Source of the DNA: a virus
Lineage: Duplodnaviria; Heunggongvirae; Uroviricota; Caudoviricetes
IMG/VR virus record: IMGVR_UViG_2734482004_000012
Length of the DNA stretch: 4,122 bases
Strand: one strand, 5' to 3'
Part shown: positions 1-4,122 of the stretch, in pieces
Layout of the letters: the number at the start of each line of letters is the position of its first letter
Numbering within the stretch: position 1 is the stretch's first letter
The notes under the pieces: generated by a model
Told to the model about the DNA's origin: nothing
The model's database searches: none
The model's input: only the letters and a program-made list of their open reading frames with translations
Made by a program: the position numbers and the translations under genes

Positions 1-151
1 GTATTAAGCATGGATCATTAAGCCTGTCTCTGATAGGCTCATTCTGCTTTTGCGCAAAGCAGTGGGCCTGAGGTTTGCTTGTGATCCGGACGCATGAGCA
101 GATGGCTGGTGGGTGCCCCTAACACCCACCAGCCGCCCATTTACCACAAAT

Positions 152-175
152 AAAAAAGCCTTCACTGCGGAAGGC
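152..175 (-). terminator. Putative rho-independent terminator after the 65-aa ORF
   Basis: Plus-strand gccttc (158-163) and gaaggc (170-175) form a 6-bp stem with loop actgcg. On the minus strand the hairpin is followed by UUUUUU (plus A-run 152-157). It overlaps the stop codon of ORF 162-359. Short stem, so moderate confidence. Confidence 0.4.
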
Positions 176-359
176 GTCTGTAACAACCGAACTGATAGTC
201 TGCCAGACCCGCCATAACCAGCTGAGTCAGTATTAACTGGCAGCGTTCGCGTGAAAGGTAAGTATTCTGCGCTATCTCCCCGACTGTCGCCGGGTCGGTA
301 ACGCTTAATTCATTAAACACCACTCTGGCGGTTTCTGTCATATCCTGCTGTTTTAGCAT
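162..359 (-). CDS. Hypothetical small protein (65 aa), possible winged-helix/HTH DNA-binding protein
   Basis: ATG at 357-359 preceded by AAGGA about 6 nt upstream on the minus strand. The segment TVGEIAQNTYLSRERCQLILTQLVMAGL resembles an HTH recognition unit. It lies between two terminator-like hairpins. No family recognised from memory. Confidence 0.45.
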   Translation of the reverse strand: MLKQQDMTETARVVFNELSVTDPATVGEIAQNTYLSRERCQLILTQLVMAGLADYQFGCYRRLPQ

Positions 360-480
360 GTCTTTTCCTTTTCCGGTTAACGTGACACACCAATAACTCT
401 TGTCGAAAAAGCCAGCAAGCTGAAAGACAGGTATTCACCGCCACCAGCGCGTTTACTGTACTGACGCGATTTCAGTCATA

Positions 481-501
481 AAAAACCCGCCAGGCGGCGG
501 G
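481..501 (-). terminator. tR'-like intrinsic terminator downstream of the late promoter
   Basis: Plus 486-491 cccgcc pairs with 496-501 ggcggg (loop aggc). On the minus strand this GC hairpin is followed by UUUUU (plus A-run 481-485). It sits about 60 nt downstream of the predicted PR' start, where a Q-dependent terminator is expected. Confidence 0.5.
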
Positions 502-538
502 GTGTAAAAAATCTTCTAACGTCAGGCATAAAACGCCC

Positions 539-578
539 ATCGTTAGAGCAAATTTACCACAGATTCGGGAAAAATCAA
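539..578 (-). promoter_or_regulatory. Late promoter PR'-like with sigma-dependent pause element (probable Q engagement site)
   Basis: Minus strand reads TTGATT (plus 573-578), 16-nt spacer, TAAATT (plus 551-556), TGCTCT, then AACGATGGG (plus 536-544). From memory this matches lambda PR' (GGGTAAATTTGACTCAACGATGGG) in the -10 hexamer, the spacing and the AACGAT pause-inducing element. Predicted +1 near plus 544. Starts about 40 nt after the Q stop codon (TAG at 584-586). Confidence 0.5.
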
Positions 579-583
579 CAACA

Positions 584-1403
584 CTATCGCGTTACCCTCT
601 TTAACTGCCGCTCCGCCCATGCCTCTTCAATGTCAAACCGAACCACCAACGTATCGTAAAAGCGTTTCACTGATTTTTTCCACGTATCAAGCGTGATAGC
701 ACTCGTCACTTTGCATATGGCATTAAATGCCTCCGTTGATGGCAGCCTTTCACAGCCACGACCACCACAACGCTGGCAATCTCTGATAACAGGCATACCA
801 CGTTTTACCGACTCTTCACGATGAATGGCGACACCACGCCCACGGCAATCCTTACAGGCGGTGGAAACCTCACCCTTTCCGCCACACTCCGGACAGGCAA
901 CTTTTACCACCTCCCTGACTTTTTTCCATTCTTCCCAGTAAGACGGATACACGCCTTTTGTGCACTTTGCCCACACTGGTGGCTTACCATCCGGATACTG
1001 GATCTTGTTTGTAAAAACCTCGCTTTCAATAAATTTTTTTCCGTGACAGCAAGGGCACTGTTTTTTGCTCGCCGCGCTACGGGCATAATCTTCAAACGCA
1101 TACGAAGCCAATGCGCATCACTACCGGTTTTATTTCTGCCGGAAGTTTTCTCAACGCCGCCACACGATCGCACCGACTGAGTGCATAATCTGCCAGTAAT
1201 TCTGTTGCCCGCGCCCTGTCATTCATACTGATGCCCATTTTCCCCAGGAACGCAGAAAACCCCATCTCAGCCCGATTCTGTGTCATGCCCTGCGCGGCCA
1301 TCACATCAGTGATACTCAGCGCATCTTTTGACGTTGAGGCCGATGCATCGGTCAGGCCAGGGGATTTTGGGGAGTAGTATTTCGGTAAATCTTCCAGTTT
1401 CAT
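584..1403 (-). pseudogene. Q: Antitermination protein Q (lambda Q family), interrupted by an apparent frameshift near 1095-1111
   Basis: ORF 1092-1403 (MKLEDLPKYYSPKSPGLTD...DVMAAQGM...) matches the lambda Q N-terminus as I recall it (MRLESVAKFHSPKSP...DVMAAMGM...). ORF 584-1111 (LASYAFEDYARSAA...CxxC motifs...LDTWKKSVKRFYDTLVV...RVTR) matches the lambda Q C-terminus (LATFAYADYCRSAA...LTQPTWSRTVKPLYDALVV...AVTR). The two parts are in frames offset by one nucleotide and overlap by about 20 nt. The apparent start codon of the C-part is TTG and is really an internal Leu. The ATG at 1401-1403 overlaps the rusA stop (ATGA). Confidence 0.8.
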
Positions 1404-1774
1404 TTTTTGACCTGCTCTTCATGCATTATGGGGTAAATCTTCACCCCCATACGTCCACCAGATACTGGCTGACCACGAACGATATTGATTTCATCAAACT
1501 GCTCATCGTCCATTAACACTCCCGCATGCGTCAGCGCATCCAGCGGTGCTTTCAGGATATTGTCCAGGTCGCGACGACGCTTATCCGGTGGCTCTGCAAT
1601 CACCTTTATCGCCAGCCTTCCGGACAGGCTTAATTTCAGCCGCTGCTGGCGAACAATAAGCGCCACAGCCCGGCGATAACGCTTTCCCTCCTCCGAGATA
1701 AAATATGTGCTGCCACGGCGTCGCCAGTAAGTGTTCACCGTCGGCGGGTAAGGTAAAACCAAATCTATGAGCAT
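1400..1774 (-). CDS. rusA: Crossover junction endodeoxyribonuclease RusA (Holliday junction resolvase)
   Basis: 124-aa product with LPYPPTVNTYWRRRG, PDKRRRDLDNILKA, DALTHAGVLMDDEQ and GGR motifs, matching the RusA family including the acidic catalytic residues. Good SD (GAGGTG) 4 nt before the ATG at 1772-1774. Stop overlaps the Q start. Confidence 0.9.
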   Translation of the reverse strand: MLIDLVLPYPPTVNTYWRRRGSTYFISEEGKRYRRAVALIVRQQRLKLSLSGRLAIKVIAEPPDKRRRDLDNILKAPLDALTHAGVLMDDEQFDEINIVRGQPVSGGRMGVKIYPIMHEEQVKK

Positions 1775-1786
1775 CAGTCACCTCTT

Positions 1787-2807
1787 TTACCCAAGCACGC
1801 CAGTTGCAAAGGCGTGATCAAGAAAACGAAAAATTAAATCAACCTGAGAACCATGCTTTTCTTCGAACGCCAGAGGATCCGCATGAAGCTCGTTGTGATG
1901 CTCCCGACACAGCGGTAGCGTGAAAATATCGTGAGATTTTGTCCCCATTCCGCCCTGACCATGACCAATCAGGTGATGGGGATCGTCGGCTGGCTTACCA
2001 CAACACGCACACGGCTGTGTCTTCACCCAGCGTGTGTATTTCTCGTTAACCCNNNNNNNNNNGAGACTCAGGATCAACGGCAATGCTGACCACCGTCTCT
2101 TCCTGTGGCGGGTTTTGCTGGTGGGCGTGAGGCAGCGGCGCAAGATTTTTTGTGCGCTGCTTCAGTATGCTGGTGGCGGTCTGCTCTCCCGGTACGATGT
2201 CGCTTTCACGGTACATTGAGCGGATTTTTTCCGCACGCAACCCCAGCGAACGACGTAATACCGCTTCCGGTAGCGCGTCCGCCACCTGATTGCGGACCGC
2301 ACACCAGGATAATTCAGCCAGCGATAATTCCCGTTCCTGCGAGCCATTCATTGCATGGAGTATGACGTCAATCATCCATGCTGACAGGTTTTGATGAGCA
2401 AGTTGCTCGAGTGATTCGGATGTCTGGTCACGCAGCTGGTTGTCGCAGTGCCAGCACAACACCATTGCGCCGGTACCATAACGGTGAATGACGGTTTCGC
2501 TGTGATGATAATCGCCGTGTGGCCACTGGCAGGATTTAATATGGCGCAACAGCCAGTCAGACAATGCACCAGCACCACCAGCAGCACGAATCACCCGTGC
2601 GTTACTGAAAAACGGCAGCAATGTTTTGTCTTCCACTAGCGGCTGGCGAACGGCAGGAACAACCCCGGACGGCAGATTACGCATGCTTTTCGGTTCCGGC
2701 TCCACCAGTACCCGGGTATTGTGGAATACCGGCATGGATTCACGGCCCGGCTTAACGATCACCAGCCCGAGTTCCGGTACCAGAACAGGTCGAAGTAATA
2801 CTCGCAC
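1787..2807 (-). CDS. DUF968-family phage protein with C-terminal HNH-like Cys/His motif (YdfU-like), interrupted by a 10-N gap
   Basis: ORF 2046-2807 (N-terminal about 250 aa) and ORF 1787-2143 (C-terminal, ...NEKYTRWVKTQPCACCGKPADDPHHLIGHGQGGMGTKSHDIFTLPLCREHHNELH...) are separated only by the N-run at 2053-2062 and are most simply one gene of about 340 codons. GTG start at 2805-2807 preceded by GGAGG (plus 2812-2816). The frame offset across the gap is uninformative because gap length is arbitrary. Family assignment is from memory of Qin-type prophage proteins. Confidence 0.65.
2053..2062. other. Assembly gap (run of 10 N)
   Basis: Ten consecutive n characters in the sequence. Confidence 1.
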
Positions 2808-2808
2808 G

Positions 2809-3087
2809 TTACCTCCAGATGCGTTGCTGGAATGTGCGGGACGGACGCGGTGATCGTTCGGAGTAAGGAAGCCTGACGGAGATTATCCAGTGACGATAAT
2901 CGAGGCTGAGGGCTTTCTTAATCTCGTATCCGTGTCTGCGGTAGCACTGAATTAGCCACTCGGCCTGTTCTTCAGTGCATGGGGGATGCTGGAACCAGTC
3001 AGATTTGAAAGTGCGGGAACGCCGCCCGTGCCTGCTGGCAAAGACGGCAGAATCATCAGAATTGTGTAATTTGGTATCGTGCGCCAT
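2809..3087 (-). CDS. Small hypothetical phage protein (92 aa), possibly Rem-like
   Basis: First ATG (3085-3087) downstream of the terminator at 3160-3186. Product MAHDTKLHNSDD...EEQAEWLIQCYRRHGYEIKKAL... looks protein-like. Stop TAA (2809-2811) lies inside the SD of the next gene, suggesting translational coupling. Its own SD is weak. Position between hok and the DUF968 gene matches where rem sits in the E. coli K-12 Qin prophage as I recall it. Confidence 0.45.
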   Translation of the reverse strand: MAHDTKLHNSDDSAVFASRHGRRSRTFKSDWFQHPPCTEEQAEWLIQCYRRHGYEIKKALSLDYRHWIISVRLPYSERSPRPSRTFQQRIWR

Positions 3088-3159
3088 CGGTTGTCTCTGC
3101 TGGCGCAGCAGGTGCCAGTTGTTCAGGCTGGCGTGCGAATTGTAAACCAGAATGCCAGG

Positions 3160-3186
3160 AAAAAACAAAACCCGCCGAAGCGGGTT
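3160..3186 (-). terminator. Rho-independent terminator ending the hok transcript
   Basis: Minus-strand RNA reads AACCCGC-UUCG-GCGGGUU followed by UUGUUUUUU (plus stem 3169-3175 / 3180-3186, loop 3176-3179, A-rich 3160-3168). UUCG tetraloop, GC-rich stem, U tract. Confidence 0.55.
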
Positions 3187-3189
3187 ACG

Positions 3190-3205
3190 TGCGGGTGCGT
3201 TGAGG
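3190..3205 (-). promoter_or_regulatory. 3' fold-back (fbi-like) element of the hok mRNA, complementary to the 5' leader element at 3568-3582
   Basis: Plus 3190-3205 tgcgggtgcgttgagg is the reverse complement of plus 3568-3582 cctcaagcacccgca apart from one extra g. It lies immediately upstream of the terminator hairpin. Confidence 0.45.
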
Positions 3206-3254
3206 ATGCCTGACACATCAGAGGTGGCGAGGGATTTCTCCCTCGCCGGGTCTC

Positions 3255-3410
3255 TTACTCCTCAGGTTCGTAAACTGTGAAGACAGCGACCTCCGTCTGG
3301 CCGGTTCGGATTCGTACCTCGCAGAGGTCTTTCCTCGTTACCAGTGCCGTCACTATGACGGTTAAACAGATGACGATCAGGGCGATTAACATCGCCTTTT
3401 GCTGCTTCAT
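3255..3410 (-). CDS. hokD: Hok/Gef family type I toxin (51 aa), HokD/RelF-like
   Basis: Product MKQQKAMLIALIVICLTVIVTALVTRKDLCEVRIRTGQTEVAVFTVYEPEE has the single transmembrane helix and the conserved RKDLCEV...TGQTEVAVF core of the Hok/Gef family. It is near-identical to HokD/RelF as I remember it. SD AAGGAG 9 nt upstream of the ATG at 3408-3410. Confidence 0.85.
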   Translation of the reverse strand: MKQQKAMLIALIVICLTVIVTALVTRKDLCEVRIRTGQTEVAVFTVYEPEE

Positions 3411-3467
3411 AGCCTGCTTCTCCTTGCCTTTCGGCACGTAAGAGGCTAACCTAGATTTGCCGTTCAT
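3255..3467 (-). CDS. Mok-like in-frame leader ORF (70 aa) overlapping hok
   Basis: ATG at 3465-3467 with GAGG 8 nt upstream. The N-terminal extension MNGKSRLASYVPKGKEKQA is in frame with Hok. It resembles the MokC extension (...KVKEKRAMKQHKAM...) as I recall it. In hok-family loci, Mok translation is what allows Hok translation. Confidence 0.5.
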   Translation of the reverse strand: MNGKSRLASYVPKGKEKQAMKQQKAMLIALIVICLTVIVTALVTRKDLCEVRIRTGQTEVAVFTVYEPEE

Positions 3468-3567
3468 AGATTGAGCCTCAGATTAATGTTAAGCGTCTTG
3501 CAGGACGCGTAATATTAACTGGGGCTTTTCTCTATCTGCCTTTGGTGTTCATGCCTGAGGCAGATAG

Positions 3568-3582
3568 CCTCAAGCACCCGCA
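3568..3582 (-). promoter_or_regulatory. 5' leader (tac-like) element of the hok mRNA, complementary to 3190-3205
   Basis: See the paired element at 3190-3205. It is followed in the transcript by a 9-bp hairpin (plus 3532-3540 ctatctgcc / 3559-3567 ggcagatag). Confidence 0.45.
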
Positions 3583-3621
3583 GCAATTCTACTTAACTCC
3601 CGTCACCTCGCCAATATAAAA

Positions 3622-3711
3622 TCAATCAGAAAGGCGATCCATAAGAACAACAGCAAGACAATAAATTGCCATTACAGCCGCAATAGCTAGCGCACATTTG
3701 AGAACCAGCAC
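3622..3711 (-). CDS. Candidate small hydrophobic protein (29 aa, MLVLKCALAIAAVMAIYCLAVVLMDRLSD)
   Basis: Canonical SD AGGAGG (plus 3717-3722), 5-nt spacer, GTG start at 3709-3711, stop TGA at 3622-3624. 13 of 30 codons begin with G, a first-position bias typical of real coding frames, and the product is a single predicted transmembrane helix. Below the 60-aa threshold of the supplied ORF track. It conflicts with the alternative 96-aa frame 3626-3916. Confidence 0.3.
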   Translation of the reverse strand: MLVLKCALAIAAVMAIYCLAVVLMDRLSD

Positions 3712-3916
3712 GACAACCTCCTGTATTGGACGTACACCAGTTCTGATAAATATGAGGCTGTCTCATCATTGATTCAATATAACTATTGGGTATAGTTTCT
3801 GTGATTTTGTTCTGTAGAAATGGAACACAACAACCAGTCACCACCAGCACTTCTTTAAATACGCCAAGTCCGACGCAAGCTAACCTTCTAGTCCGCTTTG
3901 AGCGATCTGCAGACAT
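3626..3916 (-). CDS. Hypothetical Cys-rich 96-aa ORF (low confidence; alternative to the 29-aa ORF)
   Basis: Listed in the ORF track. SD is weak (GAAGG about 11 nt upstream). About 10 percent Cys and many rare codons (AGA, AGG, ATA, CTA, GGA). It overlaps the candidate promoters and the better-supported 29-codon frame. Confidence 0.15.
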   Translation of the reverse strand: MSADRSKRTRRLACVGLGVFKEVLVVTGCCVPFLQNKITETIPNSYIESMMRQPHIYQNWCTSNTGGCRAGSQMCASYCGCNGNLLSCCCSYGSPF

Positions 3917-4122
3917 TGCTAGCAGCCTTCTGTGTGAATTCTCAGGGAGCAGGTCGGCATAGCATCACGTTGAGGCTCTTACCCTACTTGTTGACACCAA
4001 CCCTAACTCCACAGACTGATTCATAAATTAGTAATCTGCGTGTTTCGCACTTTTCAGAAATGCTTTCATATTTTCATTAGGTCGCTCAATTTCGAAGTTA
4101 CTTCCATATAACTCTTGTAATT

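Noticed and set aside
44-130. Two hairpins (44-62, 7-bp stem; 108-130, 8-bp stem ggtgggtg/cacccacc) suggesting a structured RNA or tRNA-like element
   Set aside because: No T-tract, no tRNA hallmarks (no TPsiC-like GTTCGA or CCA context) and no promoter seen. Cannot be distinguished from chance palindromes without a covariance search.
4-186. 60-aa minus-strand ORF from the ORF track
   Set aside because: Starts with TTG, has no SD, lies downstream of and overlaps the terminator-like hairpin at 152-175, and has an Arg/Ser/Gly-rich low-complexity composition. Most likely a chance frame.
821-1180. Plus-strand 119-aa ORF and minus-strand 89-aa ORF (904-1173) inside the Q gene
   Set aside because: They overlap the well-supported Q reading frame on the opposite strand or in an alternative frame, and their products are low-complexity. 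Shadow ORFs.
584-1403. Programmed ribosomal frameshift as the explanation for the split Q gene
   Set aside because: No slippery heptamer or stimulatory structure is evident at the junction and Q proteins are not known to use frameshifting. A mutation or sequencing error is the simpler explanation.
1328-1781. ORFs 1328-1516 (+), 1485-1679 (+) and 1581-1781 (-)
   Set aside because: All lie within or antisense to rusA, whose frame has strong family-level support. Shadow ORFs.
2034-2853. ORFs 2034-2219 (+), 2105-2365 (+), 2162-2347 (-), 2372-2587 (-), 2448-2639 (+) and 2626-2853 (+)
   Set aside because: All are embedded in or antisense to the DUF968 gene. None has a recognisable start context.
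2809-3216. Full-length 135-aa version of the Rem-like ORF starting at GTG 3214-3216
   Set aside because: That extension would be translated through the intrinsic terminator at 3160-3186, and the extra N-terminal segment is low-complexity. The internal ATG at 3087 is the first start after the terminator.
3468-3625. relE/relB toxin-antitoxin genes upstream of hok, as in the K-12 relBEF operon
   Set aside because: No ORF of suitable size or sequence exists on the minus strand here. The region is occupied by a structured untranslated leader.
3991-3996. Perfect TTGACA -35 hexamer on the plus strand
   Set aside because: No acceptable -10 hexamer 16-18 nt downstream, so it cannot be called a promoter by sequence alone.
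4028-4122. Open minus-strand frame running off the right edge (31 codons ending in TAA)
   Set aside because: Too short and truncated by the window to assess. A run of this length without stops is not statistically unusual in AT-rich DNA. Noted in a finding instead of being called a feature.
1-4122. tRNA genes, CRISPR repeats, IS elements or integrase, which often occur near Q in lambdoid prophages
   Set aside because: No cloverleaf-like conserved tRNA motifs, no regularly spaced direct repeats, and no transposase- or integrase-like ORF were found on either strand.

Overview
This 4.1-kb window reads as the early/late regulatory junction of a lambdoid prophage from an E. coli-like host, with every credible gene on the minus strand. 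All protein identifications rest on my recollection of family sequences and motifs; no database search or folding program was run. In the direction of transcription (high to low coordinates) I see: (1) an AT-richer region with no convincing long ORF but a candidate 29-codon hydrophobic ORF (3622-3711); (2) a hok/gef-family type I toxin locus, with a Mok-like ORF (3255-3467) containing hok (3255-3410), bracketed by a 15/16-nt long-range inverted repeat (3568-3582 and 3190-3205) and ending in an intrinsic terminator (3160-3186), with no relBE upstream; (3) a small Rem-like ORF (2809-3087); (4) a DUF968/HNH-motif protein (1787-2807) broken by a 10-N assembly gap (2053-2062); (5) RusA Holliday-junction resolvase (1400-1774); (6) a lambda-type Q antiterminator (584-1403) that is frameshifted in the sequence as given and carries extra CxxCxGxG zinc-ribbon motifs; (7) a lambda-like late promoter PR' with the AACGAT pause element (539-578) and a tR'-like terminator (481-501); (8) a 65-aa putative DNA-binding ORF (162-359) with its own terminator (152-175). 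No rRNA, tRNA, CRISPR array, transposase or integrase was seen. The part most worth follow-up is the apparently self-contained hok-type locus and the small ORF and promoter-like elements just upstream of it.
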